Source: a bacterium
GTDB taxonomy: Bacteria > Zhuqueibacterota > Zhuqueibacteria > Residuimicrobiales > Krinioviventaceae
Assembly (NCBI GenBank): GCA_963693055.1
Contig: OY843751.1
Coordinates: 4,960,001-5,024,000, forward strand
DNA length: 64,000 nucleotides
Reading direction: 5' to 3'
The notes beneath the pieces were generated by a model that saw only the letters and a list, made by a program, of their open reading frames with translations, was not told the origin of the DNA and did no database searches. The position numbers and the translations under genes are program-made. Below, in pieces: positions 51,006-60,785 of this stretch (position 1 is its first letter; each line of letters opens with the position of its first letter).

Positions 51006-51782
51006 ATGACAAATGTACGTTTTGTTAAATCAAAAAAGTATGACGACTATGATACCATTTACGCGCAATGCAGCGGTCCGGGTGGATTGCAGCTTGCCGA
51101 GTTTCTGGCGGAGAAAATGAAACTGCAATCCGGAAAAAAACTGCTGGACGTGGGCTGCAACCGCGGATACCAGTCCTGTTTTCTCGCTAAAGAATATGAT
51201 GTGTTCACCGTGGGAATCGATCCCTGGGACGACCGCGAGCAAGGCAATCCGATGGTTGAACATTTCCTGCAAAACGCTGAACACTGGGGTGTAACGGACA
51301 AGGTGCTGGGGCTCTATCTCGGCGTTCCGGATACTCCCTTTGCGCAAGCGTCTTTTGACTATGCCTATTCAACCACGGCATTAGAGATGGTACGCGTCTC
51401 GCAGGGCACGGACAAGTACCTGGAATGCATCCGCGATATCTACCGGGTGCTGAAACCAGGCGGCATGTTCGGCCTGGGCGAGCCCATGCATCTGGATGTT
51501 GAGGTACCGCCGGATCTTGATCCCTATATCTCGCGCGGAGAATACCCGTGGAAATCCTGTTTTCGCGACCTCAAAAGCACCATCGACGAGGTCAAAGCCG
51601 CGGGATTCGAAATTGTAGAAGCGGATTATGCTCCCGACGCCTGGCAATGGTGGATGGATTTTGCCAAACATGATCCCTTTTGCAAAGCAGACCCGGACGA
51701 TGATCCGCTGACCCTGCAAATCGACAATGGCCGCTGGACGAGTTTCGGCTACATCATTGCCAGAAAGCCGGAGAATGATTAA
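51006..51782 (+). CDS. Class I SAM-dependent methyltransferase
   Basis: LLDVGCNRG, PFAQASFD, RVLKPGG. Confidence 0.88.
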   Translation: MTNVRFVKSKKYDDYDTIYAQCSGPGGLQLAEFLAEKMKLQSGKKLLDVGCNRGYQSCFLAKEYDVFTVGIDPWDDREQGNPMVEHFLQNAEHWGVTDKVLGLYLGVPDTPFAQASFDYAYSTTALEMVRVSQGTDKYLECIRDIYRVLKPGGMFGLGEPMHLDVEVPPDLDPYISRGEYPWKSCFRDLKSTIDEVKAAGFEIVEADYAPDAWQWWMDFAKHDPFCKADPDDDPLTLQIDNGRWTSFGYIIARKPEND

Positions 51783-51796
51783 TCGTTTATATATCG

Positions 51797-51826
51797 TATC
51801 CCACCCTTCAGTAGTTGGGTGGGATA
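51797..51826. terminator. Hairpin between convergent genes
   Basis: TATCCCACCC...GGGTGGGATA. Confidence 0.65.
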
Positions 51827-51858
51827 TAAATTAAGGCAACTGTTTAAGAAATCGTAAT

Positions 51859-52482
51859 CTAATCGTTCTCTCCGGAACGAGGAATCTGAAGCAATTTAAG
51901 AGAATCACATTCGGGATAGCCCCTTACATCAGCAATAATCTTACCCTCATTATCTCTTTTAATTCCATATGACATAATTTGAGTTGAATAAAATTGTTCA
52001 TGAATGAACCGGGTGCGTTTCCCAACCAGAACCGGAAGATCATTTTCCAGTTTGTAAAAATCACCATAACAAAATGCTAAATCATTTCGATACACCATTC
52101 CATCTAGCCACTTTTTGATCGTGTCGCTTGAGGAATCCGGGAATGATTGAATATAATAGAATTCACCTTCGCCTTTTGGTGATAGGAATATTGTTTCCCT
52201 TTGTATACTAAAATCCTCAATATAGTCGTAAAACTTTTGATCCAGGCGAAACATTATATCATTATTAACCGAGTCAAGAACATCATAACTTTTAACAATA
52301 CCAATCCAATGAATCAACTTGCCTTGATATCGTTCCGGATTTAAACGAACATCTGAAGGCATAACCGTCTTGAGCGCATTAGACATTAAATTTTCTTCCC
52401 AAGGCAAAGGACGATAATTACGTGAACCAGGTAGACAACCAATAACAACCAATACAACAAACAAAACAATGATTTTTTTCAT
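51859..52482 (-). CDS. Hypothetical lipoprotein
   Basis: MKKIIVLFVVLVVIGC lipobox; GAGGG RBS. Confidence 0.65.
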   Translation of the reverse strand: MKKIIVLFVVLVVIGCLPGSRNYRPLPWEENLMSNALKTVMPSDVRLNPERYQGKLIHWIGIVKSYDVLDSVNNDIMFRLDQKFYDYIEDFSIQRETIFLSPKGEGEFYYIQSFPDSSSDTIKKWLDGMVYRNDLAFCYGDFYKLENDLPVLVGKRTRFIHEQFYSTQIMSYGIKRDNEGKIIADVRGYPECDSLKLLQIPRSGEND

Positions 52483-52731
52483 TTGGTGTTCCCCTCATTT
52501 TGTATAAAAAACAAATATGGTTATTATGTATTTTTTCAAGATACAGATAATTTCCCATTTATACAAAAAATAATAAACATATCTATTCAGTCAAATTGTG
52601 ACTGGTCGATAAAAATTATCTATTGCTTTTTAAAAATATATTCTTTATTTCAAGTAATCAATTATCTAAATGCAGGGGATTTCCGGTTATATTTTCATTA
52701 TGCAGACAGCATTCATAAAATGGATAATTAA

Positions 52732-53520
52732 ATGAAAAAATATATCATTTTGCTTATTATCATCTCAACTATGCTTTCATGCCAACAAAACACACCCCAA
52801 CCCAAAGAGCAGGAAACAGCACAGACTGTGACAGAACAGGTAGCAGAATCTGTATTACCAGATACGACTGTAACAAATAAAACGGACACCACCATAGTTA
52901 TAACACCTTTTGGTTCGCTAAAAAAATTGGTTATCGATCAGAGACATCCAATAGTAACATATTACAAACCTGATATCAGCACCGTAATTAATGATTCAAT
53001 TGAAATCGATGGTTTTGAAACAACCAGGGTTATAAAAACTAGAATAAATTCATCGTCAACTCACAATTATATCATTACCTACGATGATTTTCCCAGTGGA
53101 GATCCCGCATTTACATTTTATAAAACTAGCAATGATACCTTGATCAGGATAGAAAGAATACCAGGTACAGAATTATATATCCCCGGCAACAACCAGTTAT
53201 ACGTCAGCGGACACACAAACAACCTGTTTGACCAGAAAAAGAAATATGTTCTGAACGACGACCAAATCACCGAGGTTGAACAGCCCTATAATTATGTGGG
53301 GATCGAATCCAGTCTGGAAACGGATATTATACTTTATCAGGATTTCAGTTTGGAAACTGAACTGGCAAGATTAACAAAAGGTACAACGGTTTCAGTCTTA
53401 GCCGCCAAAGAAAACAATTTCTTGATCAAAACTCCCTTTGGGCTGCTAGGCTGGATTAAAATAGAAAGCAATCTTTACCCGGGAACACCTATCAAAGAAA
53501 TCTATTTTGCTGGTGATTAA
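52732..53520 (+). CDS. Hypothetical lipoprotein with SH3-like C-terminus
   Basis: Lipobox MLSC; L.KGT.V.VL...FLIKTPFGLLGWIK. Confidence 0.6.
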   Translation: MKKYIILLIIISTMLSCQQNTPQPKEQETAQTVTEQVAESVLPDTTVTNKTDTTIVITPFGSLKKLVIDQRHPIVTYYKPDISTVINDSIEIDGFETTRVIKTRINSSSTHNYIITYDDFPSGDPAFTFYKTSNDTLIRIERIPGTELYIPGNNQLYVSGHTNNLFDQKKKYVLNDDQITEVEQPYNYVGIESSLETDIILYQDFSLETELARLTKGTTVSVLAAKENNFLIKTPFGLLGWIKIESNLYPGTPIKEIYFAGD

Positions 53521-53752
53521 CAGGACATCTTTTAGGGCGAGCCATGAATTTCAAATCATTGCTATCTTAACTTTAATCTTTTTAGTTATATCCTCCTGTA
53601 ACGAAAAGCCACAGAAGCACACTTGAGCAGTTCCCGCATCAAAATCCGTATATGATCATCACAATTCAACGAGATTCTGCGTCCCTACATCTGGACACTT
53701 TTCAACTGTTGAAATACTAAATCCCAACAATATAATAAACCGTCACATGGTA

Positions 53753-54499
53753 TTAATCGGTTTTATATGTATTGATGGTAAAGATCGTGCTCAGGTTCTC
53801 ATTTTCTTCATCATATACAACCATTAAATATTTTTGCCAGGACTTGAACGGAAAGTACAGCCGCCCGGCAACACTGTAATTGGGTGGCAATGTTGTCTTT
53901 CGCAGCGCAGTGAATTCCCAAATGTCCCGCTCTCCCAAAAGACGAGTAATGACATCGTAATGATAATTTTCATCTTCTATATTGGCAATTTCTCGCTCTT
54001 CGTCCTCTATTTCTTCCTGTACTATTTCTTCATCGGTCCGTGGCGAGGCAATGGTGGCCAAATCACTGAAAAGATCTACAATTGTCAAGAGCCCATTTAT
54101 CCCGGATTCCTGAATATAACGGGAATCCTCTTTGGATATTGCCAGATCCGTATCTAGAAGCATTTCCTCCGGATCAATCGGTTTTTGAACAAAGAATTTG
54201 TCATACTCTTGATTCGCGTTCATATAATATCCATGAAACAATTCGCAGGAGGCCGTCATAGGCTCCGGTCCCAGGTTCACAATTTCAACATCAATCACTG
54301 CCATATTGTCCTCAACTCTATCAAAGGCAATAATCACGTCAACATGGTTTCCCGTCATCTTTATATATTCTTTACCATGAAGCCAGACACGTTCATGCTC
54401 ATCAGACAATGTTTGTAACTTGTAAACTCGGCCCGTTCCAGCCATGCAGGACAACAGGCACAATAACAACAGCATCAAAAAAACAGCATTTTTTCTCAT
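53753..54499 (-). CDS. Hypothetical lipoprotein
   Basis: Lipobox LLSC; LRKTTLPP..SVAG.LYFP. Confidence 0.6.
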   Translation of the reverse strand: MRKNAVFLMLLLLCLLSCMAGTGRVYKLQTLSDEHERVWLHGKEYIKMTGNHVDVIIAFDRVEDNMAVIDVEIVNLGPEPMTASCELFHGYYMNANQEYDKFFVQKPIDPEEMLLDTDLAISKEDSRYIQESGINGLLTIVDLFSDLATIASPRTDEEIVQEEIEDEEREIANIEDENYHYDVITRLLGERDIWEFTALRKTTLPPNYSVAGRLYFPFKSWQKYLMVVYDEENENLSTIFTINTYKTD

Positions 54500-54690
54500 T
54501 GCATACTCCCCGGGATTTACATGAGCTGCAAAACATTACCTGCCAGCAATTGCAGTACAATGAATACAGGTAATCCTCAATATATTATTCATACGCTCAT
54601 AAACGACCCAGGTTGCATTTTAAAAACAATTTTTACTGATAATTTCTCTACAAGTACTGGACCCGCAGGTAAAACGGATAGCGTATTTTA

Positions 54691-54865
54691 AATCAAGGCA
54701 ATCCTTCAATCCTTTAAATCAAGGTCATTTTAAATCAGGGTAATCCTAAAATCCTTATAATCTGAGTTTATGAATCAAGGTTATAACCGTGACGGAGATC
54801 GCTTTGCTTAACTTTGTCACGATCCAATCCTCTAATCCTTATAATCACGGTCAGTTAATCATGGT
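54691..54865. repeat. Cluster of AATC-periodic repeats with an embedded palindrome
   Basis: AATCAAGGCAATCCTTCAATCCTTTAAATCAAGGT, AATCAGGGTAATCCTAAAATCCTTATAATCTGAGT and further partial units. Confidence 0.75.
54788..54821. repeat. REP-like palindrome, copy 1
   Basis: CGTGACGGAGATCGCTTTGCTTAACTTTGTCACG. Confidence 0.7.
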
Positions 54866-54929
54866 GATTAAAACCTTGCATTCAACATCAAATCCCATTA
54901 CATTGATTCATTGAAAATCTGAGAAAGTA

Positions 54930-55541
54930 ATGACAAAAAAGAACCTGATATTCACCCTAATTCTGTCCATTTTGATATGTATTCCCCTGTTATTGGAAGA
55001 ATTTCTACCGGGACTGCATAAACTGACCTATACATTATTTGTTTTCATCCCTCTGTTTATGCTGTTTGCTTTGGGAACAGTGGTTTCACTTATTATCATT
55101 CTCTTTAGAAAATTCAAAAAAAAGAAACAGAACCCGCTGTTTTTGTCCACATGCATCATATTTGCGTTCATGCTGGTGTCATCCGCAATCGTATTGCTTG
55201 CTCCAAAATCCGAGTTTCCCACCGGCTCCAATTTAATGGAATTCAATCCGGATGTCTGGAAAACCGAAAAAGCGCAGGTATGGCCCGGAAACGGACCCAG
55301 CACCCGCGAGAAAATGCTAAAAGACCTGGTTAAAAATGTTCTCCCCGGTAAATCCAGAACAGAAATTGAAACGCTGCTGGGACCGTCACTGGAAACAGAC
55401 TATTTCCAATCCATTGATAAAGACCTGATCTACTATATGGGTCCGGAACGCGACAATTACATGGCACTCGATTCAGAATGGCTGCTGATCTGGCTGGATG
55501 AGAATGGAATATTTCAAAGATATAAAATCGTGAACGATTAA
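54930..55541 (+). CDS. Membrane protein with C-terminal SmpA/BamE-like domain
   Basis: 3 TM segments, then F....W...R..M..DL....L.GKS..EI..LLG. Confidence 0.55.
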   Translation: MTKKNLIFTLILSILICIPLLLEEFLPGLHKLTYTLFVFIPLFMLFALGTVVSLIIILFRKFKKKKQNPLFLSTCIIFAFMLVSSAIVLLAPKSEFPTGSNLMEFNPDVWKTEKAQVWPGNGPSTREKMLKDLVKNVLPGKSRTEIETLLGPSLETDYFQSIDKDLIYYMGPERDNYMALDSEWLLIWLDENGIFQRYKIVND

Positions 55542-55616
55542 TAAAACATCTGTCGTGTTTTAACATTATATATAATACTTACTCACCCCATTTAACCTTA
55601 AACAAGGAGCTTTATA

Positions 55617-56669
55617 ATGAAACGGCATCTATGCTGGTTATATATTCTTTTCTCTACGGTAAATATTTTTGCGCTTTCAGAACCAGCTGTAGAATTCAGC
55701 AAATCCTTTTCAGGATCTGCTGATCCCGGCGAAACGGTAACGCTGACCTTTACCCTGACCAATCCCGAAAATTTTAGCATTAGCGATCTAGCCTTTACCG
55801 ATGATCTGGATGCCTGTCTGAGCGGACTGGTAGCAACAAACACCCCGCTGAATGATATATGCGGTTCAGGTTCACAGCTCACCGGCACGTCTGTTCTTAC
55901 GCTTACCGGAGGAAATCTGGCCGCAAATGGAGGCACAGCGTCCTTTGACGTAACACTGGCTGTACCAGAAGGTGCCGCAGCAGGCACCTATACCAACACG
56001 ACCAGTGAGCTCACCTATTATGGAGTACCTGTATCCGGGCCTATTTCCGCGGATCTGGTTGTCAATGACACTCCTTTACCTGTTCAATTGTATGATTTTC
56101 AGGCAATTTACCAGAATAATAACATACAATTGCATTGGACCGTTCAAAATGAAATCGACATTTTGGGTTATACCGTTGAACGGAAATCCAGCGATTCCCT
56201 TTGGAAACAAATTGCTTCATATCAGAACGACAAGGAACTACAATGCAGTACATCTGATATGCAAAAAAGCTATAACTGGACTGATTATGATATGGATAAT
56301 AAAAGTGACTATACATACCGCCTGTCTCATACAGATTTTCATGGAGAGGTTACAATCTTGAAAACAGTTCAAGCCAATCTTGTTGTGCCCGAACAAACAT
56401 GTATGCACAATGCTTATCCGAATCCATTTAATCCGCAGACTACCATTCAATATCAAATACTAAAAGATGCTCAGGTGGAAATAACAATCTATAATATTCT
56501 GGGCGTTAAAGTAAGACAACTGGTCCGGGGACTACATACAGCCGGCAGTTATCACAAAACCTGGGACGGTACTTCTGATAACGGGACCCCGCTCCCAAGC
56601 GGAGTCTACCTGATCAAAATGCAAACACCGGATTTTCAGCAATTACAAAAAATTGTGCTCACAAAATAA
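55617..56669 (+). CDS. Secreted protein: Ig-like (DUF11-like) domain + FlgD/T9SS-type C-terminal domain
   Basis: FSKSF...PGETVTLTFTLTN; PLPVQL; AYPNPFNP...SGVYL...KIVLTK. Confidence 0.8.
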   Translation: MKRHLCWLYILFSTVNIFALSEPAVEFSKSFSGSADPGETVTLTFTLTNPENFSISDLAFTDDLDACLSGLVATNTPLNDICGSGSQLTGTSVLTLTGGNLAANGGTASFDVTLAVPEGAAAGTYTNTTSELTYYGVPVSGPISADLVVNDTPLPVQLYDFQAIYQNNNIQLHWTVQNEIDILGYTVERKSSDSLWKQIASYQNDKELQCSTSDMQKSYNWTDYDMDNKSDYTYRLSHTDFHGEVTILKTVQANLVVPEQTCMHNAYPNPFNPQTTIQYQILKDAQVEITIYNILGVKVRQLVRGLHTAGSYHKTWDGTSDNGTPLPSGVYLIKMQTPDFQQLQKIVLTK

Positions 56670-56754
56670 AATCAATTACCATATTGCCTGGCTCTTAAAT
56701 GTCAGGCAACATCCCATTTTATATTCTTTTCTATAAATTCTGATTCAGTATCTT

Positions 56755-56909
56755 AATCATGGCAACCCTCTAATCCTTTCAATCCGGGTTATTCATCATG
56801 GTAATCCCTTAATCCTGGTAATCAAGGTCGCTTTCAATCTGGGTCATTAATAATGGCAATCACTAAATCCTTGTTATCAAGGTCGCTTAAAATCTGGGTT
56901 TATCAGGGT
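56755..56909. repeat. Cluster of AATC-periodic repeats
   Basis: About three AATCATGGYAATCC..AATCC...AATCAAGGT-like units. Confidence 0.75.
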
Positions 56910-56983
56910 CCACATTATCCCCTTGCATCCAAGTCCGTTTTCTTTTACATTATACTATCAAATAACAACCGAGGGTAGTACAA

Positions 56984-58900
56984 ATGAAAAAATGGCTCCT
57001 TTTATTCGTTCCAATTCTATTCATCAACTGTTCCAAATCGTTAAAAACTGATTATCCCATACAACCGGTCCTCTTTACGAACGTCCACTTTAACGATTCG
57101 TTCTGGCAGCCGCGACTGGAAACCAACCGCACCGTTACCATACCCTTTGATTTTAAAAAATGCGAGGAAACCGGTCGAATCGACAATTTCGCCATCGCCG
57201 GAGGGCTCAAGGAAGGCAAGCACGAGGGCATGCGTTATAACGATTCCGATGTGTTCAAGATTATCGAGGGCGCCTCGTATTCACTCAGCATGCACCCGGA
57301 TCCCGAGCTGGACAAATATCTGGACGATCTCATATATAAAATAGCGGCCTCTCAGGAAGACGACGGCTATATTTTCACCACCCGCACTATTGATCCCACA
57401 CGCGTTGCGGTACGTTCCGGTGATACGCGGTGGTCGTATGTAGCCATGAGTCACGAATTGTACAACGCCGGTCACATGTACGAGGCCGCTGTTGCGCATT
57501 ACCAGGCTACCGGTAAACGCACATTTCTGGATGTTGCCATTAAAAGCGCGGATTTGATCGAATCCACATTCGGTCCCGGCAAACGCATGGAGCCCCCCGG
57601 CCATCAGGAGATCGAGATCGGGTTAACCAAATTGTACCGGGTAACCGGAGAAAAAAAATATTTAAAGCTGGCAAAATTTTTCCTGGACCAGCGCGGTAAC
57701 AAAGAAAATCACGATCTTTACGGTGAATACAGCCAGGACCACCAGCCGGTTATTGAACAAACATGCCCTACAGGACATGCGGTTCGTGCCGGTTACATGT
57801 ATTCGGCAATGGCAGATGTAGCGGCAATAGAGGGAGATCAGGATTATGTTTACGCCCTGGATACCATCTGGCAAAACACCGTCTATACCCGTCTCTATCT
57901 GACCGGAGGAATTGGCGCAAGATATACCGGTGAAGCCTTTGGCGAAGAATATGAATTGCCCAACATGAGTGCCTATAACGAAACCTGTGCCGCTATTGCC
58001 AACATGTTCTGGAACCAACGCATGTTTCTACTGCACGGCGATGCCAAATATATCGATGTAATGGAACGTACACTTTACAATGGATTTCTATCTGGCGTTT
58101 CTCTGGATGGTAACGAGTTCTTTTACCCCAATCCACTGGAATCTGATGGTTCACACAGCCGCAGTCCCTGGTTCGACTGTGCCTGCTGTCCATGTAACGT
58201 GGTCAGGTTTCTGCCCTCTCTGCCGGGCTACCAGTACGCCGTCAATCACGATACCCTGTACGTCAACCTGTTCATAGGCGGAACTGCAGATATTGAACTG
58301 GATGGGCAATCCATACAGATCGAACAAATAACAAACTATCCCTGGCAAGGTACGATAGAGATCCTGCCACAACCGGCAGACAATAACAAATTCACGCTCT
58401 CTATTCGTATACCCGGTTGGGCCATGAACGCGCCTGTTCCCGGAGACCTGTATCATTTCTTATCCGAATCCAATGCGAAACCAACACTCCGGGTAAACGG
58501 AAAAGCCGTAAACTATACTCTGCGCAAGGGATACGCGGATATCTCACGACAATGGCAAAAAGGCGATATTGTAACGCTGGAACTGCCCATGCCTGTTCGC
58601 AAGGTACTGAGCAATGACAAGGTGGATGAAGACCGCGGCAAGCTGGCCCTGCAGCGCGGACCGCTGGTTTATTGTGCGGAATGGGTGGACAATGACGGAC
58701 ACGCACGCGATCTGCTCGTCCCCCAAAACACAGATTTTACCGTAAACGCTCAACCCGACCTGCTACATGGAATATATACTATCACCGGACCGGTTAAATT
58801 ACAAAACGGACGCAAACAGAAATTAACAGCCATACCCTATTATGCCTGGGCGCACCGCGGCTCTGGCGACATGGCGGTGTGGATGAAATATGAGGATTAA
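56984..58900 (+). CDS. GH127 beta-L-arabinofuranosidase-family lipoprotein
   Basis: DSDVFK, HELYNAGH, GHAVRA, YNETCA, FFYPNPL, CACCPCN, IPYYAW. Confidence 0.93.
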   Translation: MKKWLLLFVPILFINCSKSLKTDYPIQPVLFTNVHFNDSFWQPRLETNRTVTIPFDFKKCEETGRIDNFAIAGGLKEGKHEGMRYNDSDVFKIIEGASYSLSMHPDPELDKYLDDLIYKIAASQEDDGYIFTTRTIDPTRVAVRSGDTRWSYVAMSHELYNAGHMYEAAVAHYQATGKRTFLDVAIKSADLIESTFGPGKRMEPPGHQEIEIGLTKLYRVTGEKKYLKLAKFFLDQRGNKENHDLYGEYSQDHQPVIEQTCPTGHAVRAGYMYSAMADVAAIEGDQDYVYALDTIWQNTVYTRLYLTGGIGARYTGEAFGEEYELPNMSAYNETCAAIANMFWNQRMFLLHGDAKYIDVMERTLYNGFLSGVSLDGNEFFYPNPLESDGSHSRSPWFDCACCPCNVVRFLPSLPGYQYAVNHDTLYVNLFIGGTADIELDGQSIQIEQITNYPWQGTIEILPQPADNNKFTLSIRIPGWAMNAPVPGDLYHFLSESNAKPTLRVNGKAVNYTLRKGYADISRQWQKGDIVTLELPMPVRKVLSNDKVDEDRGKLALQRGPLVYCAEWVDNDGHARDLLVPQNTDFTVNAQPDLLHGIYTITGPVKLQNGRKQKLTAIPYYAWAHRGSGDMAVWMKYED

Positions 58901-58906
58901 ATATTC

Positions 58907-58940
58907 CGTGACGGAGAATGCACTGCTAATCTCCGTCACA
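58907..58940. repeat. REP-like palindrome, copy 2
   Basis: CGTGACGGAGAATGCACTGCTAATCTCCGTCACA. Confidence 0.75.
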
Positions 58941-58972
58941 ATCAAAACTATCTACAACGATTTGGAGGGAAT

Positions 58973-59482
58973 ATGAAATACTTTTTATATATAATAGTAT
59001 TAACATTCTCTGTTATTTCCTGTAATGATGATGGTGAACCTCTATCTACTCATACAGCCAATTGGGAAAAGAGAACCCTTGATCATGCTCTGAGCAGCTC
59101 GCTTGAATCCGGATCGTCTTATTTATCCGTTTATTCAGAGATATATAACAGGAGTGAGCATAGAACCTACGACCTGACAGCAACGATCAGCATGAGGAAT
59201 GTAAACAGAGCAGATACCATCTTTATCGAAAAAGCAGAATATTTCGACACGGTCGGCAACTCGATCAGAACCTATTTCAACAAACCGATTTACCTGACAC
59301 CTATGGAAACTGTCGAGATTGTTATTGACGACAAGGACAAAGCAGGCGGCACCGGTGCCAACATTGTTTTTGACTGGAAAATAAAACCCGGATCCAACCC
59401 TCCCCTGTTTGAAGGGGTCATGATATCTACCTATGGTCAACAAGGCTTGTCTTTTACCACACAGGGAATCCGGATCCATTAA
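58973..59482 (+). CDS. DUF3124 domain lipoprotein
   Basis: YLSVYSEIY, L.ATISMRN, GGTGANIVFDW, P.FEGVMI...GQQGLSFT. Confidence 0.85.
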   Translation: MKYFLYIIVLTFSVISCNDDGEPLSTHTANWEKRTLDHALSSSLESGSSYLSVYSEIYNRSEHRTYDLTATISMRNVNRADTIFIEKAEYFDTVGNSIRTYFNKPIYLTPMETVEIVIDDKDKAGGTGANIVFDWKIKPGSNPPLFEGVMISTYGQQGLSFTTQGIRIH

Positions 59483-59501
59483 CTATTGGGTTATCTTAAC
59501 G

Positions 59502-59535
59502 CGTGACGGAGAACGCTGCGCTTAATTCCGTCACG
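59502..59535. repeat. REP-like palindrome, copy 3
   Basis: CGTGACGGAGAACGCTGCGCTTAATTCCGTCACG. Confidence 0.75.
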
Positions 59536-59723
59536 ATCAATCTAATCAAAAACCGGTTGCTGAGTAGGACGTCCAAAGGACGTACGTATCGAAGCACCGG
59601 TGAAGTATTCCTATAAAACAAGAGCCTGGGGGTCGAGTAGGTATTACACATAAACAGGGCTTATGCAATCAGTGCCATCAAAAACAGGACAGACTTTGTG
59701 AAAACTAGAAACAATTTTGTTTT

Positions 59724-59915
59724 TGGAGTGCATCGCGTTTATGCACGTGACCGCCTACCGGCGGTATGCATCGGACCAAAGGTCCGATTTAAACCCGCCT
59801 GCTTTTCAAATATTATAGAATTATTATTGTGATGTAAGTTCAATATTCTTATGCAAATATAGTTGAGTAGAGACCGTCTCCGACGGCCCGCATTACATAA
59901 AGGTAATGCACTCCA
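59724..59915. repeat. 192-bp element bounded by a 10-bp perfect inverted repeat (REP/MITE-like)
   Basis: TGGAGTGCAT ... ATGCACTCCA with internal hairpins. Confidence 0.55.
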
Positions 59916-60027
59916 CGTCTTTTTTAAATTTTGCTCATAAATATAATTTTATTTGTTTAAAATTTAATTCATTTTTACACAGTCTGAGGAGTTTTGGACG
60001 GAGTAACAGTGGCGGATCGGACAGATA

Positions 60028-60102
60028 AATCAGGGTAATCCTTTAATCTTATTAATCAGGGTAAATAATCATGGTAATCCTCTAATCCTTAAATTCTGGG
60101 TT
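60028..60102. repeat. Cluster of AATC-periodic repeats (two units)
   Basis: AATCAGGGTAATCCTTTAATCTTATTAATCAGGGT and AATCATGGTAATCCTCTAATCCTTAAATTCTGGGT. Confidence 0.75.
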
Positions 60103-60785
60103 TTGCTTTCGCCCATCCCATTTTTCAATACATGCATGTGCAGGGTAAACACATACCAAAGCACTGTACTCATCACAATCAGTTCTCCGGCTTCTTCAAG
60201 AATGGAAGCGCCTCTGACATTTAATACAACCCCGAGAATATCTATACCCACGGCAAAAAACACAAAAACACATAGCAGGTAAAACAGGTATCGGGATGTT
60301 TTTCTCACAAACTCGTTACTGAAATAATAAAATATCAAAAGAATGCTAAATAGAACAATACCAATTAATCCCGCAAAAACGACCTGCCCCAGATCATAAG
60401 CATCTATTGCATTTAAAATTCCCCATTGCGGTAGCCTGCTGCCAATAAAATGACCGCCAACTGTCTCGTGTATACGTGTAGAATCGTCAATCAAAAGATA
60501 GACGAACAAAACCGACCAAAATCCAAACAACCAAGCCCGAAAGCGAATAGCAATATACCCCATGAGTAGAAAAACCCAAAACATTTTAATGTACTGAAAC
60601 AATTCTGAATACCCGCCATCTGTTGCCAAAATCAACATGGGTTCGGCAATCAAACAGGTATGACAATTGATCATATGTAAAAAAATAAACATACAATCGG
60701 TTATTATCAATAATTGCAAGAGTCGTAATAGATGGTTATCGGTAACAAGGTCAGGTTTGAGTTTGGTAATAAAGGTCGCTTTCAT
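60069..60785 (-). CDS. Hypothetical multi-pass membrane protein
   Basis: About 7 TM segments; DGGYSE.FQY.K, DD...IHE, EEAGE. Confidence 0.7.
   Translation of the reverse strand: MKATFITKLKPDLVTDNHLLRLLQLLIITDCMFIFLHMINCHTCLIAEPMLILATDGGYSELFQYIKMFWVFLLMGYIAIRFRAWLFGFWSVLFVYLLIDDSTRIHETVGGHFIGSRLPQWGILNAIDAYDLGQVVFAGLIGIVLFSILLIFYYFSNEFVRKTSRYLFYLLCVFVFFAVGIDILGVVLNVRGASILEEAGELIVMSTVLWYVFTLHMHVLKNGMGESKTQNLRIRGLP

Noticed and set aside
52483-52731. 82-aa ORF between divergent lipoproteins
   Set aside because: AT-rich divergent promoter region, TTG start and no RBS or motifs; 50794-51012 rejected on similar grounds
46800-55600. Integron cassette array
   Set aside because: No convincing RYYYAAC...GTTRRRY attC hairpins, mixed gene orientation and no intI
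54691-56909. CRISPR array
   Set aside because: Repeat units are degenerate, have no regular unique spacers, and no cas genes are present
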